DNA of 62,011 nt, filler included, from Sphacelaria rigidula (taxonomy: Eukaryota), in NCBI GenBank assembly GCA_964200075.2. It is 4 parts of 4 records of this genome, joined end to end, with 100 filler letters (N's around TTAATTAATTAA, not from the genome) between each part and the next. Parts side by side here need not be neighbours in the genome. Positions count along the whole stretch, not along the records: positions 31,057 to 46,484 come from CAXNAA020001750.1; positions 46,585 to 62,011 come from CAXNAA020001751.1; 2 more parts are not named here. One strand, written 5' to 3'. The position numbers were made by a program, and so were the translations under genes. The notes under the pieces are model-generated. The model had not been told where the DNA came from, ran no database searches, and was given only the letters and a program-made list of their open reading frames with translations. Within the stretch, counting starts at the first letter, position 1. Every line of letters starts with the position of its first letter. This document shows positions 37,720 to 48,899 of the stretch, piece by piece.

Positions 37720-38235
37720 ATACCCTAACCCCGGGTAGTGGTATGGAAGGCTTACACCGCTTACAGAAATACCGGGTTCCGGTATGAAAGTCTTACACAA
37801 ATTACAAGACTGTCGGGCACCGGTGTGAAAGTCTTACAGATATTACAAAACTTGTCGGGTATGGTATGGGAGGCTTACAGAAAACCGTACCGGCAATCAG
37901 GTATTCCTTCAAGAGCATACCCGCGCTCCGGGTACGGGTGTGGGAGGCTTACAGAACTCACAGAAACTGTCGGGTAGGGTATGGAGGTTGCACAGAAAAC
38001 CGTACCCGCAACCGGGTATCTACCAAGAGAATACTCGCGCCCCCCGGTAACGGTACGGGAGGCTTACAGAATCCACCGAACTATCGAGTAAGCGTATGGA
38101 AGTCTTACAGAGTTTACAGAACTGTCGGGTACCGTTACTCAAGTCCTACGGAATTCACATAACTGTCGGGTACGGAAAACCCCCGGGAACCCCCCCCCGG
38201 TATGCAGAAAACCGTACCCTACAGAACGCAATTCT
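37720..38235. repeat. Minisatellite-bearing repeat (probable non-autonomous DNA transposon)
   Basis: About 10 diverged units like gtcgggtacgggtatggaaggcttacagaactcacagaa. Confidence 0.8.
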
Positions 38236-38699
38236 ACAATATTTATTATCCATCCTGAAGATCGGCCAAATTATCAAGCTAGAGGGAAGTGAATAATATC
38301 CACGTATCAGAAACGTCGATACTAATTATGTTCTTATACTTTCCCGGCTGGTCGTGTCACACTGGGTACATGTCGAATAGTGTCCCGCCAGTTTTCGACC
38401 AGATCTTCGTTGGATCGCACATGCGCGGAGCGCCACGGTGATGAATTTCAAGTCACACGTAATGACATATACTCACAATTTCTCCATTATTTCCTCGTCT
38501 TTTCTCACCAACTGCGTCCCCGAAATGTGGTTGCTTCACAGAACGAAACTCAACATGGTATTTGAAGGCACATGAAAACGGCTGGCGTATATCTTGCCTC
38601 CGGCGGGCCTCCCTCGCGAGGTGGAGCCAATTGTGAGCTAAGACTTCGTCACCACCGGCGGCTGTCACCATTTATCCAGTACTGATTGAAAAAATGGGT

Positions 38700-39450
38700 C
38701 CGTTGTTTTGTCGAACAGACTGTACGCTCTTGCTCGTGCAAGTTGAATGATTTGTCTCCGACAACATCGCACGCTCACAGCAGCTGGTGGTGAAAGCGTC
38801 CATCGATCGACGTATGGGCAGTTTTGGACGGAACTGAGGGATCGGCGTAGATCAGCTCACGGCGAGATGCTCTCACATACTCCTTGTTTGCAAGAATTGG
38901 GCGCGGACGTTCTGCTTGCCAGAAATGCGTCTGCCGAAAAACACAAAATATCTTCGAAGTAAATTACTGCACTACCGCGGTACCCATTTTTTACAAGGGG
39001 ACTTCGCAATTTGCTCCTTGAGCGGAATAGCACAATCTTGCCTACCCTCCACGCGTTCGGAACACCGAAACTTATGACTGCCCCACCCTTCTTGTACTGG
39101 TTGGGCTGAACAGAAACTGCTGATCTTGAGAACACAAGTTCGCGAATTAGGCTGCGTAACCAACAAAAACCCGACATTCACTACGATAGGGTGACGAACT
39201 ACGACTGGCCACTGCAGGCAACGTGACAGGCTTCCTCCCGTGCCCGAAGTTACCAAACGTCGTAGTGAAGCAGAGCTGCCAACGGCACACACTAGATTAC
39301 ATGGGACCACGAGCAGATAGCTACCGTGGCTCTAGTTTTTGGTCCCGAACTGAAAATGTATAGCCACTCGCACGGCTTGACGGATAAAGCTGGGATGCGG
39401 CGGACTCGGTAACGATGCAAAGTAAAAAACTCCCGACAAAGATGACACCA
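38700..39450 (-). pseudogene. Degenerate Ty3/Gypsy reverse transcriptase remnant
   Basis: ORF 38857-39177 reads SGFCW...SAVSVQPNQY...ISFGVPNA...AVIYFEDILCFS. This matches the Gypsy RT motif order SGF.Q / TAF.T..G.Y / MPFGL.NA / VYLDDILVFS, with the catalytic DD decayed to ED. Confidence 0.55.
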
Positions 39451-40234
39451 TGACCCACGAACTACAGTAAAGAATAAATACATATCACGCGATATATCAC
39501 AAAAGAGGAAGGCGCGAGTACCGAGTAAAGGGCCGGTCACGCAGCAGACCCCCACCTCGACCCTTCTATGAACAAGTAGTTGTCACCATGCTGCCTCCCA
39601 GCTCGTCCCAACATGCTGCTCATCCACGGTGTGAGGCTGTTAGGATTCATCTGCCGTCCTCATGGACCTCCACGTCGAACCAACAAGTATCAGCAACCTT
39701 ACCGAAGGAAAACGTTTTCGTTCTCCTGAGCCCTGGTCCCTAACGGATTGATGAAGCATTTGCGGCGACACCAAAAGGGGCATGAATCAATCTCTATGGT
39801 CTACTGCATTCTGTGAGCCTCAGCATGCCGTGATTCGCATCGACCGCTGGGTTACAATTTGCAGAATACAACATTACCCTAGTACATACACATGAAGCAA
39901 TATGGCCTCGATATCGCTGCATCCGGCAGCCACGGACTGCATAGCAAACCATACCGTGCATATTGATGCCACCCGGCACTCTTGCAGAGCAAGCTTGGGG
40001 ATGCGTGCGAATTTAAAATTCATTGCGCGAAATATCACGCTTAACTTCGCATACTCTGCAACCTGGACCAGCATAAACGACACGACGTTTTCGAAATCGC
40101 AATTATCGCCCCCCGCGCCCCGTCCCCACACCGCCCAGGCAACGGGAGGCTTACCTCATCGCCAATAACTTCAGCACCTTGCCCTTTTCCTCCAAGTACC
40201 AGATGTCGCAGATCATGTCGTGTGTACTGTACTA

Positions 40235-42124
40235 CTAAAAGCGAGCGCCTGCTTGCCTCCTCGCTGTTCTCTTTCTAGCCGCACTCAATCGTCTGGCTTC
40301 CGCTTCTAATCTTTGCCTATACAGCGTCACGGGGTCCGCCTTGGTTCCCACTTTACTCCTACGAGCGGCGGCCGCCAAGTTTTTTCGTGCTGCCGTAGCA
40401 GACAGTGACGCAACCACGGCCCCCACGTTTTCTTGGTCAAGGGCCTCACCCACCGGTCTGCCATCAGGGCTGCCGCCGAGTCTACGTTGGCTCCTTCGCC
40501 TTGGTACGGCCGTACTACCGCTGTTGCTCATGTCACCCCGACTCCTGACGGCACGACTATTCAGGGCCGCTGGGGCAGAGGCTCGCCTGCTCTCACCGGC
40601 ACGTTGTGATGGTGGCAGGGCTACGTCGGTGAGGCATTCCAAGGACGCGCTCGAGAAGCGCGTGGTTGGGGGTACGGGCGACAGGTTCTCCACTTTGTCC
40701 ATCTCGCCTGCGGAGCGATGCCTTGCGCCGCCAGTGCTGTTCCGGTTTTTGCCGGCGAAGCCCTGGATCAAAGATTGTGTGTTGACACTGCCGCCGACAC
40801 GCAAATTTTTGCGAGAAAGACATTCGGATAACCCGTGCCTTCGAAGGAACAACCTTGACTCTTCGGGGCTTCGTGCGTCAACGGTACTGGTGCTATTGCT
40901 TTCACCAGTAGGCGGCGACGGGAGAACGACCTGCCTCCGAAGGCACATCCCCTTGGGTTCTTCGGACTTCTCGGAGAGTGAAGCGCCGTCTCCATTCAAC
41001 AAGGTTGGGCTCTCTCGTGTAACAGAATGCGGCGGAGCTTGCGAGCCCTCCGTAGCTGCTGGTAGTGGCAGTGGCGGGGGCGGCGGCGACTGGGCCAAGT
41101 TCGCTGTGGACGTCGTATGGATGACCGCTGGATTCGCCCTCCGCCATGCCGTGTGCATCCCGTTCCTCTGCGTCACGAAACCACTGACGCCGAAAATATC
41201 GTTGAGCACTTGCGACTCGAGCAGTGAGGACGACGGCTCCACAGTATGACTTGAAATTCTTCCGATCAATAACCGTGGTGGTCGTGCTTGGCAATCCACA
41301 AGCCGTGAACGGGCCCTGGCTTTGTCCGTTTCCGCGCTGCTGGGCATGACGTTTGATGCGAGTGTATTCAGCGGCGGGCGGCGGTCGCCTCGTTGAACCC
41401 CAACCGCGGCCATAGCTGCAAGTCCAGCTTTCCTTGACAAGTGTGCACCAGCAGCTTTTTGCGCGGTCGTCGTGTTCGGTGTCATAGCTGCTGCTGCCGC
41501 CGAGTGGTCAACTGAATAATTGGTATGATCATGTGCTGAACATCGCGCACCTGCGTCGGGCATAGCAACCTCCCTGTCCTGCGGCGGTTTCGCCGACATC
41601 CAGCTGCTGCTGGGCTCCTTGTTGTGGTGAAGAATATCGCTGCCGCCACCGCACTTGCTGCCGTGTTCCAAGAACCCTTTTTTCGGTGAGTCCGTTGTAG
41701 GCGCAAGGGTGCTGCTTCTCGTGCGATCATCTGCTGCAGCACCCGCTGCGGAAGAGACCATCGAGCGTTGCCTTGGATTGTGGGCTAAAAACGGACACGA
41801 CGCCGATGGCGATTCTGAACAGGCGTCCCCGGCGTCACTGATATCACTGTCGTCCTCACAATAATCGCCACTAAAGATGGGAGAGGTCAAGACTGATCGA
41901 CTGTTGTAGTGATCGGACACAATTTCAGCGCCTTCACACGCAGCTTGTACTGCTGGAGATGCTCCCATTTGCCCCCCGGAACATCGCTTATCTCCAGCTC
42001 TTAGTCTATCTCGGGAAGTCCTCGTATGCTTGTGTACAGCGCGTGTCGCCCCCTGCAGCCTACTTGGACTGCCGGCCTTCACTACGGTAGGTGGCCACGT
42101 CGGAAGAAGACAACTGTCTCGCAT
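40235..42124 (-). CDS. Hypothetical low-complexity Ser/Ala/Pro/Arg-rich protein (single long ORF)
   Basis: A 629-codon open frame, far longer than expected by chance. The true start is uncertain (MGASPAV or an upstream exon). The basic C-terminus contains KADPVTLYRQR. Confidence 0.7.
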   Translation of the reverse strand: MRDSCLLPTWPPTVVKAGSPSRLQGATRAVHKHTRTSRDRLRAGDKRCSGGQMGASPAVQAACEGAEIVSDHYNSRSVLTSPIFSGDYCEDDSDISDAGDACSESPSASCPFLAHNPRQRSMVSSAAGAAADDRTRSSTLAPTTDSPKKGFLEHGSKCGGGSDILHHNKEPSSSWMSAKPPQDREVAMPDAGARCSAHDHTNYSVDHSAAAAAMTPNTTTAQKAAGAHLSRKAGLAAMAAVGVQRGDRRPPLNTLASNVMPSSAETDKARARSRLVDCQARPPRLLIGRISSHTVEPSSSLLESQVLNDIFGVSGFVTQRNGMHTAWRRANPAVIHTTSTANLAQSPPPPPLPLPAATEGSQAPPHSVTRESPTLLNGDGASLSEKSEEPKGMCLRRQVVLPSPPTGESNSTSTVDARSPEESRLFLRRHGLSECLSRKNLRVGGSVNTQSLIQGFAGKNRNSTGGARHRSAGEMDKVENLSPVPPTTRFSSASLECLTDVALPPSQRAGESRRASAPAALNSRAVRSRGDMSNSGSTAVPRRRSQRRLGGSPDGRPVGEALDQENVGAVVASLSATAARKNLAAAARRSKVGTKADPVTLYRQRLEAEARRLSAARKRTARRQAGARF

Positions 42125-44095
42125 TTTTTACAACAGCTTTCGCCGCGAAACTCGAACCTTACGGGGCACTCCGGCGTTGCTGCTAGGAGTGGGGATTTGC
42201 TTGAATAGGCGAGGTCGCCATCCGGCCAGCATGTTGGAAAATAACCATTTCCCGGTACTGGGGACGTACACCAAATTGCGAAATGTCCCAACCGTCTAAA
42301 GTGTCAAACGTCAAGCCCATCGTAGCATCAACTGTAACGGTCCAGCGTCAAGCACCTTGCAAGCCCCTCACAACAGTCCGACAGTCAAAGACAGACAGCC
42401 CTACTTACCCACAGCGGAATCCGACAGGCGTCAGTAGCTGCCTTTTTTTGTGCACGGCTTTCAATCCTCATCTGCTGCGACCCAGGGCTGTTACTCTTTG
42501 GCGGTTGGAACAAATATCAAAGGATACAGGCTACTCCTTCCACAGGCGGAAGAGATCACTGACTGCCCACGATGGCTCCCGATCAAAGGGTGTATACTCC
42601 ACCGCACAGCGTGGAACAAGGGAGGTAAGTGGGTGTCTTCTTTGGCTGTAACGGCTATTGCAGTCTATACCTTGGGCTCGCAGGCTTCAAGCCGTGGTGT
42701 GCAAGTGCTTTCGTTTTGCAGTACTAACCTACAGTAGAACGGAACGTCAAGTTTAAATTCTGGCAGTTGGGCGCTTGCCCTGCGTGTTGGAGTGTGCTTG
42801 TACGTGTAACTGACGACTGTTGCTGCTATGCTGTCTGTGCCGTACTCGTACCGTAGATCTGATGTTTGTCGTTGGGGGGCGTGCATCGAAGCGGGATACT
42901 TGACGGGATTTGGTCGCGTACTGCTGAAATGCCTTGCAACTTGCAACAAGGTGCTGCACTGTTCGTTGTCCTGCTCTGGCCCGCACCGGACTGTCGTACT
43001 ATCTTTTGAATACTCTACTGACAACCTTCTAGCGCTGTACTACGCCCTCCTGTACTGTCGAGCATGTATCGGGGGAGAGGTGGGTTCGTCCCTCCAGACG
43101 ACATATTCCCCGCAAGGTCGGGGAAGGGTTGGCAGTACAGTATGGCGAAAAAAGAGAATATGACGTGCATCATTTGTCGGTACAAATGATTTCACGAACT
43201 ACTGTTGTTGTGGATTTCGTAGAGAAGTAGAAGTAATACCGTCTTGTACCGAAAGGTGTAGACCGGCGTTGTACAGGGTAGAGTACCTCCGCAGCGTCGT
43301 TTACATTCCTGATTTTGTGGGTTGATTGTTGTCTATATACAACCCCCGTAATCACTGCATACTGTGCGGTCCAGATCCGTTAAAAAGGGGTGGATACGAA
43401 GTAGGCTTCAATGCGGCGACGTATCGCACTTGTACTCGTACAAACACTCGATGTCTTGCCTTCGGTTCCAACGAAACACGTACTCGACTACAGTGTACTG
43501 CGCTAAACTGCGCTGTCTGTACTTCAAAATTGTCCAGATTATAATTTACGATGACATACCAAGAAATTTTAATGGCTTGACTCGCTCATTATTTCGAGTC
43601 AACTTTCGAGTATTTGTCGTCTCGACCTTGTATCCGTACGTCTTGAACGTTCCGGTACGGTAGAAGACGGAACCACCACCCCCGCCCGACATTTTTTTTA
43701 CTATTGAAGCTTGCTTGCGTTTATAGCGAGATGTGATTTTCTGCTCTTCCCTAGAGATCCCGTTTGCCGAACGAAAGAGGATCTCATCACAAGATGCTTG
43801 GAAGGACTGCACTTCCGGCGCCAAACGTTCCCGAGAAAATCGTGGTGCAATACATAATACCTCCAGAGTTGTACTCCATCACGCTATATATGATATCTGT
43901 TCATTTATGCGTTCACATAAATCCTCACTTACCTCGGAGAGCTGTAGCAAGCAGGGTCTTCCGTACAACTGGAGGCGCGTAGCGCAGGGGCGGCACCTCA
44001 CGCTGGTTTGTGGAGACAATGTGAAGACTGACTGACGGCCACCTCTGCCCCTCCGTCTCCGCGTCCATCGGTTTGTTGTTGCGGCTGCACCACAG

Positions 44096-44153
44096 GAGGG
44101 ACTTCAAGGTCTACATGAGCAAACTGCTCCAGCGCAGTGCCGACCTCGATGGG
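44096..44153 (+). CDS. Probable small internal exon
   Basis: cacag|gagggacttc...gatggg|gtaagc, encoding RDFKVYMSKLLQRSADLDG. Confidence 0.4.
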
Positions 44154-45437
44154 GTAAGCTTCTCAGCGGTGGAGATTACCAATCGTTACAAGCTTTCACT
44201 CGTCTGAGATACATACACCCGCAATGGGCGATATATTACTAGTGTTTCGTACACTGCTGTACCGTAAGACTTTGGTACTACGCCGCTTGCCTCATTAGCC
44301 TCTTTGAGTTACTCACTGAATGCTAGACTTGCCATGGTCCTGTTCACCCCCCCTCCCCTACCCCTCCTTGGCCTCTCGACGATGCAGGGTCAGTCGTCCA
44401 GTAGGCCAACCATGCAAAATATGAAAACACTCTATCTACTTCCTTTCAGGATAAAGGTCAAGTACGAGAGGAGAAGAAACGAACCAGTCCCTCACTTCTC
44501 CCCATTCCCTCCCACCCCGACACGCGCGTTTTTTTCACTGCTCGCTGCTGACCGATATGATGAACGATAAAAACATTGCCACCACGACGTACAGTTCAGG
44601 CATAGGTTGCATCTGCAGCAGCGGGACGACCCGGCCCCGGCCGATGCAGACAGTCCGCAGTGGGGGTCAGCGGTGGCGATGTTGGGAGACGAAACCTCGG
44701 CAATCCGTGATCCGAGAGCCAGCCCCCCCGTAGCAGCGACGGAAGCCGAAGTCGAATTGTGAGATATTCGACGGTTTAGATGCAGGATGCAGCAGTACTA
44801 ATGAGCCAAACTTCGGTCACGTGTAGCGCTGGCGTGGAGACGTACTTGTAGGCTAAGTCTTTATTTATGACAACATCGGTTTGCCTCGTGCGTATTGTGG
44901 ACGGCTTTGTCGCCGGCGATTTTAAAGTCCCATGCGCATGTTCAGTGGGTGCGCCGGGGATAAGGGGTTGATGCGGCAGTCATGAAGAGCTACAATGACC
45001 TTCGTCTGATTTCACCTTAAATCTAAGAGCTACAATGGCCGTCGTCTGATTTCGCCTTAAATCTGCGCTTCTTCTTTTTTTGTAAGGTTGGCTGACTTGC
45101 AGGCGAATGAAACTACGCCGACATTCAGCAATCCCTGATCGGTATTGCCCCCCCCTCCCAACTTCCCTCCTCCACCGCCATCGCCGCCGCGTATTGTAAC
45201 CGTTCGCGCTTCCGTGACGCTGACAAACGTAATCAAAGTTCCTCCAGCTACTTTCTCGATAAGCGACGGTGGCCGAGGGCCGGAACAAGAACCCCCGTCC
45301 ATCCTCCCGTTCCGCCAAACTTTTCATGGGAGCGGCGGCGCTCCACCACGTCGCCTCCAGCTCCCCCTAGGCAGGAGCCGCAAAGGCCACCCTCGCAGTC
45401 TCGCCTCGAACGCGGCGATAGCGAAGGGGGGGAAGAG

Positions 45438-46484
45438 ATGGGAAAGGCACTCTCTGTAGGCAGTATCCCTCGCAGCGACCAGCACGGGGAATTTTTCAGA
45501 CCACCACCACCGCCGCCGCCCGTGGCCATACCTCCTGCTGCAACTGCACCGCCCCGGAATAATATCCGCGAATCCAAGCGTCGCCCAAATGATCTCGAGG
45601 GCTTGGAGAAATGGGAAGAGGATCCGGAAGAATGGAAGTTAGCGTGGGCAAGGCGTCTCGCGCGCGGCCCCATCTATACGGAGTACCGAGATCGTTTTTC
45701 TTGGCCACCGCCAGACACCCATTCCAGAGTGACGGTGGGAAATGAAGCGGAGCTTCTGCCATCTGAGCGGAAATGTCAACGGCGAGATTGGGAACATTCC
45801 GCTCCGAATGGCTGCGGTGTCGGTGCCGAAACGGGAGGCCAGGCGCCCGGGTACAAGCAGGACGGTGGTGCTATTGGTGCGGTCGATGTGCCCGCTCAAG
45901 GCCGGTCCGATTTTTCATGGACTCGCCGGCCGAAAGGGCCAACGGATGCCCAAATGTCGTTTCTGGGCCCAAACTCCGAGCCGATGTCGCCGCCCGAGTC
46001 TACTCGAATGATAAATACGACCGACGGTGAGGGGGGGGCTTTTGTCGGGCCCGCGCCACGTCAACAACAACCACCACCATTTCCACGCGAGCGACAGGCG
46101 GGATCCGCCCAATTCGAACGCACAGCAAGCGGATCATGCGCAGTGGAGACCGAGATGGAGGAGCGCCAATCGAAAGCGGCGCTGGAGTCGCGGGCAGCCG
46201 AGGTGGGGTCGTCCGTGCACTTCGGGGCTCGCGGCACCACAGCCTACGGCGACGAGGTGAGTATGTGGGACGAAGACCGCCAGCGTGGAGGGGGCAGTCT
46301 AGGAGTGAGGGATGACTCGGCCGTTGGGATGGAGGGGCGGGCGCGTGTTGGTCAAGGTGGAGCTGAGGGGGCGACGGTTTGGGGCGGTGGCTTGGGTTAC
46401 GGCCGAGGGGAGGGGGTTGTGAGGAAGACCGGGGGGGGTAGGAGCGAGCGATTCCGAGAGGCTGTGAAGAACAGGGAGACGGAA
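45438..46484 (+). CDS. Large exon of a hypothetical disordered protein, truncated by contig end
   Basis: About 349 open codons up to the gap; Pro/Gly-rich and contains IYTEYRDRFSWPP. A likely acceptor is ctgtag at ~45459. Confidence 0.6.
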
Positions 46485-46584
46485 NNNNNNNNNNNNNNNN
46501 NNNNNNNNNNNNNNNNNNNNNNNNNNNNTTAATTAATTAANNNNNNNNNNNNNNNNNNNNNNNNNNNNNNNNNNNNNNNNNNNN
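46485..46584. other. Artificial contig linker
   Basis: N44-TTAATTAATTAA-N44. Confidence 0.98.
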
Positions 46585-46660
46585 TGCTCATACCGGGGAG
46601 TGTTGTGTGACAATGGTCGGGGGGGGGGGGGGGGGGGGGGGCGTGGGGGGGGGGCTGGGG

Positions 46661-46860
46661 GATACTCATGATCTTGCATGCCGTAGTCACGCTCGTATTA
46701 CTTTTGACCTCGCATCCCTACAAAGCCGGGACGGGGCACACCGGGTTTTCACCGGACCAGGCTCGCAGTCAATCACCAAGCGCGAAACGCGGTGTATGTG
46801 TTCGGCAAGTCGCATGAAGGTTGAGCTGCATCCTGCTCAAATTGTTCAGCCCGAAGCGTC
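46661..46860. mobile_element. Dispersed repeat family X after poly-G
   Basis: Colinear with the other three copies. Confidence 0.8.
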
Positions 46861-48899
46861 CTGAAAGTCTGGGGTGCGGGGGAAGACCGCTAAATGTCGC
46901 GTATCCGCATGCGATGCCAAATAGGTGCTATCGATACTTCCACTGGATGCCCTGCTGGTCGACGCCGACATCCCCGTCTCCAGACATCCAGCGTAGCCCA
47001 TCAGTCTACACAAACTAGTCACTCATGGACGCCTACCGTTGGCGAGAACCGCAACGAAGCCCGTGTTCTGGTGTGATAAAGTCCCACCTTGTTGGCGGCT
47101 TTGGAAGGGAGAGAGGCGAGACGGAGGTCTACTCTTTCGAGTAATAATAACGGTCGACCGTGGTCAAGTCGAGTATTCCCCTGGTACATACGACCGTCTC
47201 AATCGCTTGTCACATGTCCCATCCGCTATTCCATACTAGAGTAATTGCAATGTACCTCTATACTGCGAGGTCCCAGCTGGCGATCGACCGCACTATTTCA
47301 GGATCACCGAGTACTCCGGAGTGCTTAGCGTACGTCGATTATCGTGAAAACCAAGTTTTCGAGGGGAGCTCAACTTTCCATCCGAAAATCACTGGCTATT
47401 TCGAAGCACCTCAACAACTGCGCCGTACTCCACCCTACCCCAAGCACCCTGAAACATTACCAGTCACCACAGCGCGCTTGCCTTTTCTGACCCGCCTCAC
47501 AGCAGGGAACTGCATCACATTAAAAAAAATGACGACACTCGTGATTATGCCATAGGCTACCTCACCTCTACTCCGCGATCTCCGGCACAGCAACCGTGTC
47601 TTTTGCACACCCTGGATAATAACTATAATACACTGAGACAAACTGTACTGCGTACAGTATCGATTATTGCGCACATTGCAACAGCCAAAAGATTCCATAC
47701 TGTACCCTGTACAATTTTTTACAAAATAATATTTTGTCCAGGGTGTAGTATTTTGTGCATCATATGAAACACGAGAACGGTTATCATAACCTTGACGTTG
47801 ATGGACATGGCCATGAAAAAAATAGCATATCAAGTGCGGGTTCGAGAAATGCACTCACACGTTGATCTCACCGTTGATATATGCCTTGCCAGTATACCAT
47901 CTCGTCCTCCGCCTCCGCCAGTCCATCATAATTGAGCCTGGCCATCTTCCACTGCGAACGTAAAATATCCAAATATTCAGGTACGATTTGTAAAAGGTAT
48001 ATCCCGAGACAGCTTCGGATTGCGTCTGGACGGGTAGAAAAATCAGAGAAACAATATTCCACAAGAAGCACGGTGATCTGTGGCCACGATACGACCTTCT
48101 CCCCCCGAAAGAACTTCGAAGCGTCTTCTTTCGCTTGCCACTTTGTTTTCCCCCCCATCAAAAACGAAGTTGGGCTGTTCTCTTCACACACGATGCTTGG
48201 GAGGGGAACATAGAACTGGGGTGCGATAATTCTCGCTATGATACATGTCGCTCATACGCATCATCATGCGAAGCAGACCTAAGGCACAAGCACGCATCAA
48301 CCCGTGATCTCACTGTCCCAGGATAGACAAAACATAGCCCGAGTCATAGCTGTTGATCAACAGAGCACGAGGTTCTTGACTTGCCTCGAATCGGTTCTAA
48401 CGTGAACCAGATGCGATTTTTTTCAGGCAGCCGTCGTACAACCCACGCGCAAACTGTCAACAACTGCATCGTGGGCTACTCTTTTGGCACGTACACGCCC
48501 GCACCCCTCCTCCAATGCTGAACGGATTGCCCTCCAAGAAGCACAACTGTGAACGGATGAGCAAGAGCTAGCGCTAGCATGATGTGCTTGTACTGCTGAT
48601 GTCTGTGCATGCTTGTTCGGGCTTTGTGCGTAGGTATGATGTGTTTCAGCCATGGCCCTTATGGTGTCCGTTGAAAGATTCAGATCATATCCATGACAAC
48701 TGTCGGTGCAAGACAAGAACACCACCCATGTTGCAGTCCCAGGCAATGAGCCAATTTTCCCCTTTTGTTGTGACGAGGCAAGTGTAGCTTCGATTATGCT
48801 CCAGTCGTTTTTTCCCCTGTAGGAAATCGAAGTTTTTAGGCCTGGACGCTGACAAGAACTGAATCTAAATTGGTAATGCCGCCACACGGTAGAGCGCCC

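Noticed and set aside
37720..38235. CRISPR-like array
   Set aside because: The units are degenerate and contiguous, with no unique spacers and no cas genes, in a eukaryotic context. The same applies to 52222-53300.
40341..41249. 302-aa antisense ORF
   Set aside because: It is a shadow frame of the GC-rich 629-aa ORF and has no independent motif.
44984..45064. ~40-bp tandem duplication
   Set aside because: A small local intronic duplication with no further structure.
47855..48200. Copia RT-like fragment
   Set aside because: The resemblance is too weak to support a call.
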